A stretch of DNA of 64,000 nucleotides from the NCBI GenBank assembly GCA_963702095.1, contig OY969706.1, forward strand, positions 256,001 to 320,000, written 5' to 3'. Position 1 is the stretch's first letter; every line of letters starts with the position of its first letter. The translations under genes were made by a program, and so were the position numbers. Positions 39,671-50,753 of this stretch are shown piece after piece. The DNA is from Candidatus Bathyarchaeota archaeon (GTDB lineage: Archaea > Thermoproteota > Bathyarchaeia > Bathyarchaeales > Bathycorpusculaceae). Below the pieces are notes generated by a model. The model ran no database searches, was not told where the DNA came from, and was given only the letters and a program-made list of their open reading frames with translations.

Positions 39671-40843
39671 ATGGGTACAACCTTAAAACTGCTCGAGTTG
39701 ATGCTTCGACAGAAACTTTTAGGGCAGGGACTAAAAGGCGAACCCAACACCCCCCTCATTGTATCCTACGCGGTGACACGCGCCTGTAACCTGAGTTGTC
39801 TCCACTGCCACGTTTCCGCACGCGAAGCCATGCCCAATGAGCTCAACCTCAAAGAAGCTATGGCGGCGATTGAGGAAATGCACAGTTTGGGCACGGAAGC
39901 GGTGATTTTCAGCGGCGGCGAACCCCTCTTGCGCAAAGACTTCGTGTTGCAGCTAATTGAGTACTGTGATGACTTAGGCATCATCACCGCCATGCTCTCC
40001 AACGGTTTACTTATGACCCCCCATACGGCTCTGCAACTTCAGGAGGCAGGACTAAAAGCCGTCGGCCTGCCGATTGATTCGGTAGTCCCCGAAAGACATG
40101 ATCACCTCCGTAACCTGCCGGGCACATTCAACCGGACAGTGCATGCAATAAAAACTTGCCTTGAACTCGACTTAGAAGTTGTTGTGACCACGATGGCGCT
40201 CAAGGACACCTACACCGAGATGCCACAGCGCCTTCAATTTCTCAACGACTTAGGCGTGGATGAAGTGGCAGTCTACGATTTGGTTCCCGTTGGAAGAGGC
40301 AAAGATGTCATGGACAACGCGATGACTATGGATCAGCGGGTCAACTTGATTCGGTGGCTGCAAAGCAAACAAGAAGATACCGAAATGACTTTTACCATGT
40401 CAGGCGGCTTGCCACTCTACCCCGAAATCGCAGAGGAAATGCACCACAGCCACGGAACCAAAGCCAAAGGCCTCCTCATCAAAGAATTCTACATACACCA
40501 AGGCATCGGTTGCCACGCAGGCAACATGTACTTCAGCCTCCGACCCAACGGAGACATCTACCCCTGCACTTTCCTCCCCATAAAAGTCGGCAACATACGC
40601 GAACAGAGCTTAACCGAGATTTGGCGTAACTCCAAGGTACTCAATACCCTGCGGCAACGGCAAACACTCAAGGGTAAATGCGGCGGCTGCGAGTACCGCG
40701 AAGGCTGTGGCGGATGCCGGGGAAGGGCTTATGCGTGTACAGGCGACTATTTGGAGTCTGACCCAGTGTGCCTGAAGGATTTGATGCTCCAAGAAGGCGT
40801 TTCACCAGCGGACATCAAACGGTTCGGCTGGTGCGTAGGATAA
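39671..40843 (+). CDS. Radical SAM/SPASM protein (AhbC/D, NirJ-like)
   Basis: CNLSCLHC, SGGEP, CHAG...GDIYPC, CGGC...CGGCRG...C. Confidence 0.9.
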   Translation: MGTTLKLLELMLRQKLLGQGLKGEPNTPLIVSYAVTRACNLSCLHCHVSAREAMPNELNLKEAMAAIEEMHSLGTEAVIFSGGEPLLRKDFVLQLIEYCDDLGIITAMLSNGLLMTPHTALQLQEAGLKAVGLPIDSVVPERHDHLRNLPGTFNRTVHAIKTCLELDLEVVVTTMALKDTYTEMPQRLQFLNDLGVDEVAVYDLVPVGRGKDVMDNAMTMDQRVNLIRWLQSKQEDTEMTFTMSGGLPLYPEIAEEMHHSHGTKAKGLLIKEFYIHQGIGCHAGNMYFSLRPNGDIYPCTFLPIKVGNIREQSLTEIWRNSKVLNTLRQRQTLKGKCGGCEYREGCGGCRGRAYACTGDYLESDPVCLKDLMLQEGVSPADIKRFGWCVG

Positions 40844-40924
40844 CTCAATTCAGGCCGCTCATTTTCTGAATATTTTAAATACGTCTTCTTCGAATGAAGA
40901 GCATGCAAAAGGGGAAAAGACCGC

Positions 40925-42097
40925 GTGAAGATAGGTTACAGTAGGTTCTTGCTACCGGTGTTGGGGCTTTCGGTATTTTGCACTTGGCTAATAACGGTCG
41001 CTTTCCAGTTACTCCTAATCGATATTGCCCAGAGTTTCCAAATCAGTGTAGGCACAGCAGGATTAGTTGCTTCTGTGGGGGCTGTTTCAGGCATAATATG
41101 TGGTATTTTTCTGTCGGTAGCTAGTGTGCGGATTAACCACAAATTATTTGTGCTAATCGGTTTAGCATGCACATCCTTGGCGGCGGTTGACTTCTTTCTC
41201 GCACCAACTTTCGATTTACTCTTAATCGGCAACATCGGGGTCGGAAGCGGAATGGCTTTGGTAGGTGCAATGGCTTATTCGTTAATTGGGGAATTTTATC
41301 CTCTTCAAAAAAGGGGCAGAGCCATAGGCTGCATAGTGGCAGCCGGCACCTTGTCCTATGTAATCGGTGCACCCTTAATTGGAATAATCGCACAGACAGG
41401 GAGTTGGCGCCAAACGATGATTTGGCTGGTCCTGCCCTTGACTCTGATAAGCTTACTTCTCGCGTTTTTAGCTATACCCAAAAAGTCCCCTCAACATTTG
41501 CCTGGTGAGAAAGAGCCGTTTTGGGCTGGTTGCAAACAAGCATTCTCAAACCCATCAGCAATTGCATGTCTACTAGTTAGTATGCTGTTGGTTGCTGAAT
41601 CTTCTATGGCTTTCTATTCAATCTCTTTTTTTAGGTCCCAATTCCAAATAGGCGTCGATGTAGGCTCAATAGTGGCAATTGTCACTAGCATCCTCTCAGC
41701 TGTAGGGGGGATAATCTCAGGTTTACTCATAAATCGTTTAGGCAGAAAATCGCTGGGAATCGTCTCATGTTTGGTTGCGACATTGCTTACTGTAGTGTTT
41801 ACTTTCATGCCGAACTTTTCATTGTCTTTTGGGTTGTATGCAGTGAAATTTTGGTTTGGAGGGATGGCTTCAACCGCGCTTGGCTCCATGGTTATCGAGC
41901 AGGTTCCGAAGTTCCGAGCAACTATGACATCGCTTAATACTGCCTTTGTTAATGGGGGGATTTTGTTGGCTTCAGTAACCGCCGGCATAACCCTCAACTT
42001 CTATACCTATCAAGTGTTGGCAGCGGTCCTGAGCGGCTTAAGCTTTGTGGGCATAGTTTTATGGTTCGCTTTTGTCAAGGACTTAAGCAAAAACTAA
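40925..42097 (+). CDS. MFS transporter
   Basis: About 12 TMs, RGRAIG, NRLGRK. Confidence 0.9.
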   Translation: MKIGYSRFLLPVLGLSVFCTWLITVAFQLLLIDIAQSFQISVGTAGLVASVGAVSGIICGIFLSVASVRINHKLFVLIGLACTSLAAVDFFLAPTFDLLLIGNIGVGSGMALVGAMAYSLIGEFYPLQKRGRAIGCIVAAGTLSYVIGAPLIGIIAQTGSWRQTMIWLVLPLTLISLLLAFLAIPKKSPQHLPGEKEPFWAGCKQAFSNPSAIACLLVSMLLVAESSMAFYSISFFRSQFQIGVDVGSIVAIVTSILSAVGGIISGLLINRLGRKSLGIVSCLVATLLTVVFTFMPNFSLSFGLYAVKFWFGGMASTALGSMVIEQVPKFRATMTSLNTAFVNGGILLASVTAGITLNFYTYQVLAAVLSGLSFVGIVLWFAFVKDLSKN

Positions 42098-42195
42098 GAA
42101 AGCCGCTACTTTGCGTCATGCATCTGTGGTCCTCTGGCCACTTAGCCATCCAGCCTATGATAGTATAGATTCAAAGGGTTCTTGGTTCTGATTGA

Positions 42196-42318
42196 GGTTT
42201 GCTCCACAATCAGCCAGCAACCCAACACAGACGCAGACACAAAAAAGCAGTCGCCTACACAACCCACAGGAAGAAGAGTAAGGAGCACTCTGCCTTCATC
42301 TAACAATAGAAAACAAAA
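42196..42318. repeat. Dispersed intergenic repeat, sub-family A copy 3 (diverged)
   Basis: Shares GGTTTGCTCCACAA, AACACAGAC, CAAAAAAGCA, GGAAGAA, GAGTAAGG, TAGAAAA in order with 32757-32883. Confidence 0.75.
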
Positions 42319-42497
42319 TAAATTGAAAAAATGGAGCCTATTAACAACAACTAAAAAACAGCAAATTTGACCTATAGTTCCATAAGGGGCGGGAACCCTG
42401 GCAAAGCAGCGTTTACGCTATGTTGATTTACCTTTTTTTTGGCGCTAAATTGTAACTTTTACGGTTTACACGATTAGTTTTGGGTTTTGCTTTTATA

Positions 42498-42513
42498 GGA
42501 AAGGTTTTTAGTA
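42498..42513 (+). promoter_or_regulatory. Putative BRE-TATA promoter of the psmA/exosome operon
   Basis: GGAAAGG followed by TTTTTAGTA about 60 nt upstream of the ATG. Confidence 0.45.
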
Positions 42514-42569
42514 TAGTTATTGTATGAATCTGTGAAAAAGTCAACAGGTTAAAATGAGGTTAACACGTT

Positions 42570-43298
42570 ATGTCTGTATTTGCAGCACCAGGAGCATATG
42601 ACCGTGCAATTACTGTTTTCTCGCCTGATGGTCGACTCTTCCAAGTCGAATACGCGATGGAACTTGTCAACAGGGGAGCCACCATCCTTGGCATCCAAAC
42701 CTCAGACGGGTTAGTTCTGGGGTCAGAAGAAAACATTGAAGTCCTCGAAGAAGCAGGCTACTCATGGAAAATCTTTCGAGTAGACGACCACATCGGAGCA
42801 GCCATCGTCGGCTTAAGTTCCGACGCAAGAATATTGATTGATCAAGCACGGATTTATGCCCAAAGCAACAAACTAACCTATGATGAACCAATAGATATAG
42901 AGGTCGTAACAAAACGCATCTGCGACATACAACAAATGTACACGCAGCATGCAGGTGTACGTCCCTTCGGCGTTTCCATCATCTTTGGCGGAGTCGACAA
43001 AACCGGACCAAGAGTCTTCGGCACACACCCAAGCGGAACCTACCGCGGCTACAAAGCCACAGCATTAGGCGCAGGACGCGAAACAGTCCTAAACATCCTA
43101 AAAGAAGAATACAAAGACGACCTAAGCCTCGACAACACCATAAAACTCACCGTGAAATGCCTCATCAAGGCACTTGAAGCCCGCCAGTTGCCGCCCAGAA
43201 TCAAAATCGCCATCATCCCCGCCGCAACCAAAAAGATGGAAATGTTAAACGACAACACGGTGGAAGGCTACATAAAGGAACTGGGTTCAAGCAAGTGA
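42570..43298 (+). CDS. psmA: Proteasome alpha subunit
   Basis: YDRAITVFSPDGRLFQVEYA, RPFGVS. Confidence 0.97.
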   Translation: MSVFAAPGAYDRAITVFSPDGRLFQVEYAMELVNRGATILGIQTSDGLVLGSEENIEVLEEAGYSWKIFRVDDHIGAAIVGLSSDARILIDQARIYAQSNKLTYDEPIDIEVVTKRICDIQQMYTQHAGVRPFGVSIIFGGVDKTGPRVFGTHPSGTYRGYKATALGAGRETVLNILKEEYKDDLSLDNTIKLTVKCLIKALEARQLPPRIKIAIIPAATKKMEMLNDNTVEGYIKELGSSK

Positions 43299-43305
43299 CA
43301 ATCTA

Positions 43306-43992
43306 ATGAGTGAAAAGTTCACCGTCGCACGACTAACCAGAGAAAACGAACACTTCGAAATACTCGTAAAACCCCAAAAAGCACTAGACTACCGCAACGA
43401 CAAAATCTCAGGCATCACCGAAGTTTTAGCCGCTGAAACGATTTTCAGCGACGCAAACAAAGGCACCAAAGTTTCTGAAGAAGCGATGAAGAAAGCCTTC
43501 AAAACGGTGGATCCACTCAAAATCGCAGATGAAATTCTAAAAAAAGGAACCCTTCAATTAACCACCGATCAAAGAAGAAAGATGGTTGATGATAAAAAAA
43601 GACAAGTAATCGACTTCATCTCCCGGCAGGCAGTTGACCCCAAAACGAATTTGCCTCATCCCCCCATGCGCATCGAAAACGCCATGGAGCAAATTCGCTT
43701 TACCATAGATCCCTACAAGCCCGTGGAGGAGCAAGCTAAAGACATAGTTAAACTGCTGCGTCCCATATTGCCGCTTAAAGTTGAGCAGGTTAAGGTTGCA
43801 ATCAAGATTCCAGCACAGTACTCATCTCGTGCCTACGGCATAGTCAAAACATTGGGCACCATAAAACGTGAAGAATGGCGCAATGACGGCTCATGGTATG
43901 GCGAACTAGAGTTGCCAGCAGGCTCATACGCTTCCTTACTCAACAAGTTGGGCGACGCCACCAAGGGAACTGGAGAAGCAAAAATAATCTAA
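43306..43992 (+). CDS. Ribosome maturation factor SBDS/Sdo1
   Basis: HFEILV, IFSDANKG, DPKTNLPHP. Confidence 0.95.
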   Translation: MSEKFTVARLTRENEHFEILVKPQKALDYRNDKISGITEVLAAETIFSDANKGTKVSEEAMKKAFKTVDPLKIADEILKKGTLQLTTDQRRKMVDDKKRQVIDFISRQAVDPKTNLPHPPMRIENAMEQIRFTIDPYKPVEEQAKDIVKLLRPILPLKVEQVKVAIKIPAQYSSRAYGIVKTLGTIKREEWRNDGSWYGELELPAGSYASLLNKLGDATKGTGEAKII

Positions 43993-44017
43993 GTAATATG
44001 AAAGAACAGGTGATTAT

Positions 44018-44734
44018 ATGCCAACATTCTTTGAAAAAAAACAGCTCGTAACCCCCGGAGAATTACTCGCTGAAGGCGACTACTTACCCGGCGAAAACAC
44101 GTATGTAGAAAACGGCAAGATTTACGCCGACAGAATTGGACTCGTAGACAGCGACAACAAAAAAGTCAACGTGGTTGCACTAAGAGCGTTTTATGTACCA
44201 AAAACAGGTGACATAGTTATCGGCACAGTCGTCGAAGTAGGCTTCAACGGCTGGACCGTAAACATCCAAGCACCCTACACCGCAATGCTCCGTGCCTCAG
44301 ACGTTTTAAGCAGGCCCTTCAAACCCCAAAACGACGAATTATCCGCTGTTCTAAACGCAGGCGACTTAATCGTAGCTAAAATAGCCTCATTCGACCGTGC
44401 ACACGACCCCCAACTCACAGTCGGCGAACCCGGCTTGGGAAAAATCACACGCGGACAAATCCTCAAAGTGACCCCGACAAAGATTCCACGCATCATCGGA
44501 CGCAAAGGCTCCATGATATCCATGATTAAACAGGAAACCAACTGCCAAATCATCCTTGGACTCAACGGCGTCATCTTGGTCACGGGCAAAGCATCCGACG
44601 AAGAGGAAATTGCAATCGAAGCAATCCGGAAAATCGAGGAAGAATCCCACACCAGCGGCTTAACTGACCGCATTACACAGTTATTGAAAGAAAAGAAACA
44701 ACCAGCTAATTTGGAGGAAAACAAAGTTGAATGA
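44018..44734 (+). CDS. rrp4: Exosome RNA-binding subunit Rrp4
   Basis: [25 protein letters not shown]. Confidence 0.95.
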   Translation: MPTFFEKKQLVTPGELLAEGDYLPGENTYVENGKIYADRIGLVDSDNKKVNVVALRAFYVPKTGDIVIGTVVEVGFNGWTVNIQAPYTAMLRASDVLSRPFKPQNDELSAVLNAGDLIVAKIASFDRAHDPQLTVGEPGLGKITRGQILKVTPTKIPRIIGRKGSMISMIKQETNCQIILGLNGVILVTGKASDEEEIAIEAIRKIEEESHTSGLTDRITQLLKEKKQPANLEENKVE

Positions 44735-45461
44735 AAAACCCGATAAATTAATCGACAAAAAAGGCATCCGTGGCGACGGACGAAAAGCGGATGAACTTCG
44801 CTCCCTCAAACTTCAAGTGGGTGTACTCCCAAACGCAGACGGCTCAGCATATATAGAACACGGTAAAAACAAGATCTTAGCCGCAGCATTCGGTCCAAGA
44901 GAAATGCACCCCAAACACCTAGCACAAGCAGATCGAATGGTTCTAAGATGCCGCTACCACATGGCACCGTTTAGTGTTCCCGAACGTAAATCCCCCGCCC
45001 CTTCACGCCGCGAAGTCGAATTAAGCAAAGTCATAAAAGAATCCCTTGAACCAGCCTTATTCCTTGAACTCTACCCCCGCACAGGCGTAGACGTGTTCGT
45101 CGAAGTCTTGCAAGCAGACGGAGGAACAAGATGCGCAAGCATTACCGCCGCTGCTTTGGCAATCGCCGACGCAGGCGTCCCCATGAGAGACTTAGTGGTT
45201 GCATGTGCAGCAGGTAAAGTTGACGACACCGTCGTCTTGGACCTCTACGACGCAGAGGACAAATTGGGCGCTGCAGACGTTCCAGTGGCATACATGCCCA
45301 ACTTAAACGCTATCACCTTGTTACAGATGGACGGCATCCTATCCCCTGACGAATTCGAGAAAGCAGTCAACATGGCTATGGAAGGCTGCAAGAAAATCTA
45401 TGTTATGCAGAAGGAAGCGTTAAAAACTAAGTACATGGTTGTTAAGGAGGTTGAAGAGTAA
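44727..45461 (+). CDS. rrp41: Exosome exonuclease Rrp41
   Basis: DGR..DELR, ADGSA, YHMAPFS, QADGGTR. Confidence 0.96.
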   Translation: MNEKPDKLIDKKGIRGDGRKADELRSLKLQVGVLPNADGSAYIEHGKNKILAAAFGPREMHPKHLAQADRMVLRCRYHMAPFSVPERKSPAPSRREVELSKVIKESLEPALFLELYPRTGVDVFVEVLQADGGTRCASITAAALAIADAGVPMRDLVVACAAGKVDDTVVLDLYDAEDKLGAADVPVAYMPNLNAITLLQMDGILSPDEFEKAVNMAMEGCKKIYVMQKEALKTKYMVVKEVEE

Positions 45462-46252
45462 TGTCATCCATAGTTACCAAAGTTAGACTACGACAAATCG
45501 AAGCCCAGCTTGAAAAAGGCAAACGCCTAGACGAGAGAGGCTTACTTGATACCAGAGAAATCAAAATCGAGCAAGGCATAATCGAGAAAGCTGAAGGTTC
45601 CGCACTCGTATATATGGGCAAAACAGAGGTTTTAGTCGGCGTAAAAGTTGAAGAGGGCGAACCTTTCCCAGATACACCAAATGACGGAGTCATGACTGTG
45701 AATGCTGAACTCGTACCCTTGGCATCGCCGAATTTTGAACCGGGTCCACCAGATGAAAACAGCATCGAACTCGCACGCGTAGTCGATAGAGGCATAAGAG
45801 AATCCCACGCTATAAACACTGAAAAACTCTGCATTGAACCAGGCAAAAAAGTCTTCGTGGTCTTCGTAGACGTATACGTCCTCAACCATGACGGCAACCT
45901 AATTGATGCATCGGCAATCGCGGCTATGGCGGCGCTCATGAACACCAAAATGCCCAACTATGAAATCAAAGACGGCGAATTAAAAATCAAACAAGGCTAC
46001 ACACCATTGCCAATGAAAAGCCACCCAGTCACCGTCACCATCGGCAAAATCAGCAACAAACTAATCGTCGACCCAGGCCTAGAAGAAGAATCCGTCATGG
46101 ACGCACGCATAACCTTCGCAACCAACGAAGAAGGCAACATCTGTGCCATTCAGAAGGGCTGCTCAGGCTATTTCACACCGCAACAGATTTTAGAAGCATC
46201 AAAGATTGCTCTGGAGAAAGCAGCAGAACTGCGTAAGAAACTCAATTGGTGA
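45461..46252 (+). CDS. rrp42: Exosome subunit Rrp42
   Basis: AEGSA, EPGPP, RVVDRGIRES, HDGNLID. Confidence 0.96.
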   Translation: MSSIVTKVRLRQIEAQLEKGKRLDERGLLDTREIKIEQGIIEKAEGSALVYMGKTEVLVGVKVEEGEPFPDTPNDGVMTVNAELVPLASPNFEPGPPDENSIELARVVDRGIRESHAINTEKLCIEPGKKVFVVFVDVYVLNHDGNLIDASAIAAMAALMNTKMPNYEIKDGELKIKQGYTPLPMKSHPVTVTIGKISNKLIVDPGLEEESVMDARITFATNEEGNICAIQKGCSGYFTPQQILEASKIALEKAAELRKKLNW

Positions 46253-46590
46253 AAAAGTTGCCGAAGACAAAGAAAGTAGGTCCAACTCGAGGATTAGGCG
46301 TACGCTACGGTTCCACAGTTAGGAAACGCTATATTAAAGTCATAACTGAACTCAAAAAACCCCACAGATGTCCACAATGCGGCTTTGTCCGTGTTAGACG
46401 CGTAAGCGTGGGCATCTGGAAATGCCGTAAATGCGAGTTCACCTTCGCAGGCGGAGCCTACACACCGTCAACGAAACTGGGCGCCGTTGCAAAACGTGCA
46501 GCTAAAGGGCGATCTGAAGAATCAGCGAGACAAGTAGCTCCAGTTGAAGAATCCTCTGTTGAGGCAACTGAAGAAGAAACCTCTGAGTAA
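46246..46590 (+). CDS. rpl37ae: 50S ribosomal protein L37ae (eL43) with acidic tail
   Basis: RYG..VRK, CPQC, GIWKCRKC, AGGAY. Confidence 0.95.
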   Translation: MVKKLPKTKKVGPTRGLGVRYGSTVRKRYIKVITELKKPHRCPQCGFVRVRRVSVGIWKCRKCEFTFAGGAYTPSTKLGAVAKRAAKGRSEESARQVAPVEESSVEATEEETSE

Positions 46591-46702
46591 ACCTTCTTCT
46601 TTCCTTTTCTTATTTAATTTTTTGTTGCTTAGCGTTATTTTATTTATAGTTGTTGCTAGATTTGCTCTTATTTAGCGGTCGATAAACTTTGATTAAGTTT
46701 TT

Positions 46703-46874
46703 TCTCTTATGTGTGTGTGGCGTTTTGTGGGGGGGCCACAAGACTGCAGGAGGGGGCGACTGCTTTATGGGTTTGCAACGTTTTTTTGCGTCTGTTTGGG
46801 TGTGGCAAAAGCGTTTTCTCCCACATGCTCTGTATGGCTCTATGTTGGATTGGTCACGGTGTGGGTTTGAAGCA
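46703..46874. repeat. Dispersed intergenic repeat, sub-family B copy 2 (inverted relative to copy 1)
   Basis: Reverse complement aligns with 16177-16347. Confidence 0.8.
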
Positions 46875-46946
46875 ACATACTAACCTCAAAAAACAGGCAA
46901 TAAAACGATATAGAAGAACCTAATAACAAAGACAGAGGCAACCTAA

Positions 46947-47219
46947 ATGTCCACCCAAGCAACCGCAACGCTTTGCTTAAACTTCGGCACCGAAAAACAA
47001 CTCAACTCCCTCCTCAACGCATTAAAGCCGGAAGCGGAAGCGTCGCCCACCCACAGATCCACAGTTAAACTTGAAAAAAACGGCCGCTCCCTCACCGTTT
47101 CGGTGGAGGCAGAAGACACCGTGGCGCTAAGAGCTACCCTTAACGCTTACCTCCACTGGATCAATTCCACCCTAAAAATCATCGACGTAGTGGAAGAAAG
47201 TAGTAAAGCAAAATCTTAA
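46947..47219 (+). CDS. pcc1: KEOPS subunit Pcc1
   Basis: ALKPE, RS, AEDTVALRATLNAYLHW; position in the exosome superoperon. Confidence 0.9.
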   Translation: MSTQATATLCLNFGTEKQLNSLLNALKPEAEASPTHRSTVKLEKNGRSLTVSVEAEDTVALRATLNAYLHWINSTLKIIDVVEESSKAKS

Positions 47220-47251
47220 AACCAAACAAAACCTATCTTAAATTCAGAGCA

Positions 47252-47568
47252 ATGTCAAAAACAAAAATTCGCCTACTCCAAATAACTGTTTTATTAGCCG
47301 TTGGCACGGCTCTTCTGCTGTAAACTCAGCCGTTTATGTACCAGAATTTAATGTGTTTCAAGATAAGTTCGCGCATGTAAACAACTCAGTTCATTCAACG
47401 AGTTCTCTAAACCCCAGCGTGTATGGGGTAACCCCAACAAACATCGTAATCTTCTATGTTCTGGGCTTAGCTGGCACCACACTGTTGCTGTCGGGCGCTG
47501 TTCTGCTGTTCATTTTAATCGTTACAAAATTGCCGCTTGACAGGTTCGAAAAACAGAGACACAGCTAA
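47252..47568 (+). CDS. Small two-TM membrane protein; frameshift near 47320
   Basis: MSKTKIRLLQITVLLAVGTALLL joins the 47353 ORF on adding one base. Confidence 0.5.
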
Positions 47569-47967
47569 CTGACCAAAACGATTCTTACTAGAAAAAGGGT
47601 TACGGGTGTTTCTTTTTTGTGGTGTTCGGACAACTTTTATGGTTACGGCTGGGAGATTTTGGCTTGGTGGGCGGTAATGGTAATCTGAGAGTGCTTACGA
47701 TGAGTTGCAGAAGGTTTCAGCTTGATTGGGAGGTATGTAGGGGCTGGTTGAAGTGGTTTGGTGTCGCTGTATTCCCCGCTTTTTTGGCTTGACGTTAGCA
47801 TCATAAAGAAAAGTTGCAGAAAAGTGGATGTTTTCAGGCTAAAATTATAAAACTTACCTAAATAACAGTGCTAAGAAGTAAGACATGCACTTTTTATGAA
47901 AAATGCATAAAAAAATTTATATGAAATGGCTTCCAGTAATACCGAAAAGTAGAGCGAGTGTTGAGGG

Positions 47968-50157
47968 ATGCTTTTTCAGAACAAGCCTCTAGAGGGCGCT
48001 ATTTTCGACATGGATGGAACCATGTTTGACACTGAGCGACTCCGTTTAAGAATGCTAAAACAGGCATCCAAAGAGATAACAGGCGAAGAAATCTCCGATC
48101 AACTCCTCTACGACTCATTTGGCCTTAGCGCAGTCACCGCCGAAAAACTTGCTAAAGCAAGATATGGTGAAAACTATCCGTACAAAAAAATCCGGGAACG
48201 CTCCAACCAACTGGAAGTAAGCCACGTGCGCCAACACGGCGTGCCCGTAAAAGAAGGTCTCTACAATCTACTTGAGCGGCTCAAGAAAAACGGCGTCCTC
48301 ATCGCGTTGGCGACTTCAAGCAAAAGAGAAATCGCCGAAGAATACCTGCTCAGTGCCAAAGTGCTACGTTTCTTTGACATAACCGTTTGCGGCGAAGAGG
48401 TCGAAAGAGGCAAGCCTGACCCCGAAATTTTCTTAAAAGCCGCTCGTGAACTCAACTGTGAACCAAGCAACTGCTTCATTTTCGAGGATTCCCAAAACGG
48501 GATTTTAGCCGCTAGCGCCTCAGGTGGAACACCAATTTTCATCAAGGACATAAAAGAACCTGATCCAGAAGTTAAAGCGCTTGCCTTCCGCTCCTACGAT
48601 AAAATGACTGATTTACTGGATGACCTTATACGGCAGATGCCTAAAATGGACATGCCAAGCTTGAACGAGCATTTTCCTCAAAGCATCGGCTACATGGTTG
48701 CTGGGATTCACGGGTTCGGCGCTATGGGTGGCGGTTATCTTGCACAGATTTTTTCCCATTGGGACGGATACACACGGCCCGTAAAATCATAGGGGTCACC
48801 TCAAACGATACCATGCGCCAACTGATTAACGCGTTGGGTAGGTACGAGATAAAGTATGAACGGCTGGCACATTTCCAAACCATTCAAAATATCACTTTAA
48901 TTGACATGCGTGACGAAGCGGAAATAGTTGATATGTATAAGGAGTCTCAGATTGTGGGGTTGGCTATTCCGGAACGTGCGGTTCGATCTCAAGCCAAAGT
49001 AATCGCTAAGGGACTGCTTGAACGTTATGACAGCGGCGGTGAACCCCTCACAATACTTATCGTCATGAATAAAATCCACGCTGCACGATTCGTAAGAAAC
49101 CACGTCGCCCACGCCCTAAAAGATTTAACGGACAAAGAGAAAGCCGAGAAAATCGTGAATTCCACTTACTTCTCCGAAACCGTGGTTAACAGGATTGTTT
49201 CTAGAACTCACCGATGAGGTGGTGCTTTCAAGGTTGCAAGTTAAGTTGATTGGATTGCACAACAGCATCCAAAATTACTCGGGGCAAATCGAGAGAATCT
49301 TCGAGTTCTCCAAGGGGTATATGCTGGAGAATAAACTTCATACAACCCCCCTAAGAAATGATTGCCACGCTGTCTACCAAACAATCAACGTTGCCAACAA
49401 CATTTTGTTAGTTACACAGTTCGCAGAGGAACTCTCAAAACTAAACATCACCCTGTTTAGCAGTGAACCCGATATGCCGCTTTTCGCCAGCAAAGGCAGC
49501 CCATTGCTGGAGCGGCTCAGGCAAGTGGTAACAGTTGAAGACATAAAGCCAATGCAGGAAATAAAAAACAAGCTTTCAAACGGGCCACATGCAATTATCG
49601 CTTGGTACTCGGCACTTTTGGGTTACCGGACCATCGGTCAAGGCATGGGTGACCCTCGGGTGTCTAAACTGGCGGAAAGCATAATCATCAACGAGATCAA
49701 GCCTGCTTTGCTCATAGAAAATCCCGGCTGCAAACAATACATAAACTCGATTACTTTGCACTTTTTCAAGCGGTGCCGTGCTTCTTTCCAAGATGAATGC
49801 CTCAGAGTTGGCAGAGACCCCCTGCGGAAACTCCAGTTTGGCGAACGCATCATGGGTACTATTCATTTAGCTCAAAAACATGGGTTGGCAACCAGCGGTT
49901 TAGAGTTTGGGGCTGTCTGTGCAATTATGTATTCGATTCAATCGGTATGCGGGGACGACATGGAAGCCCAAAAAATAAAGCAGTTGTACAATGAAAGAAA
50001 CTCTGTTATTGACGTTTTAACTTATAGGAGCGAGTGCAGTAAATCGAAATTCACTGGTTTAGACCCCGTGAAGGATGCTGGGTTGATTGAGCGTATATCG
50101 GTGAACTTTGATAACCTCAAAAAAGAGTTGGAGTTGCTGGGTGAAAAAAAGCAGTAG
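47968..50157 (+). CDS. mtlD: Bifunctional mannitol-1-phosphate dehydrogenase/HAD phosphatase (Acinetobacter MtlD type); two frameshifts (~48780, ~49205)
   Basis: FDMDGTMFDTERLR, GKPDPEIF, EDS; GIHGFGAMGGGY...SHWDGYTRP; ETVVNR; KNKLSNGPHA; RDPLRKL. Confidence 0.88.
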
Positions 50158-50192
50158 CTTAGTTTTCCTTTTACGGTTGATGGATATTTTTT

Positions 50193-50210
50193 GAAAGGAA
50201 GGTTTAAATA
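50193..50210 (+). promoter_or_regulatory. Putative BRE-TATA promoter of the rps13 operon
   Basis: GAAAGGAAGG followed by TTTAAATA. Confidence 0.55.
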
Positions 50211-50265
50211 AACACCAAGTCATTTCGTATATGCTTTCAAAGTTTAAAACGGATGAAAATTCAGC

Positions 50266-50751
50266 ATGTCACAGGAATACCGCTATATTGTTCGTATAAT
50301 GGGTACAGACGTTCAGGGTACCCTTAAGACTTCTTACGCAGTTGCGGAAGTCAAAGGGCTCAGCGCAAGCCTCTCAAACGCTATCCTTAAAAAAGCAGGC
50401 GTCAACCCCGACGTCCGCGTAGGTTTAATCGCTGACTCTGACATCGCAAAAATTGAAGATGTCATCCGGGACCTAGCAAAATACAACATCCCCGGCTGGA
50501 TGTATAACCGGCGAAAAGACAGCGACACAGGAAAAGATATTCATGTCTTAAGCGCGGACTTAGCATTCAAAATTAAAAATGACATAGACGGAGCCAAAGA
50601 AATCAGGTCTTGGCGTGGATACCGCCATGCTTACAGCCTAAAAGTACGCGGGCAAAGAACCAAAACCACTGGACGTGCAGGTAAAGCCTTGGGTGTCAAG
50701 AAGAAGACTCTTCTCCAGAAACCCGGCGCCCCATCTGAAGGAGGCAAATAA
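50266..50751 (+). CDS. rps13: 30S ribosomal protein S13
   Basis: [26 protein letters not shown]. Confidence 0.97.
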   Translation: MSQEYRYIVRIMGTDVQGTLKTSYAVAEVKGLSASLSNAILKKAGVNPDVRVGLIADSDIAKIEDVIRDLAKYNIPGWMYNRRKDSDTGKDIHVLSADLAFKIKNDIDGAKEIRSWRGYRHAYSLKVRGQRTKTTGRAGKALGVKKKTLLQKPGAPSEGGK

Positions 50752-50753
50752 GC

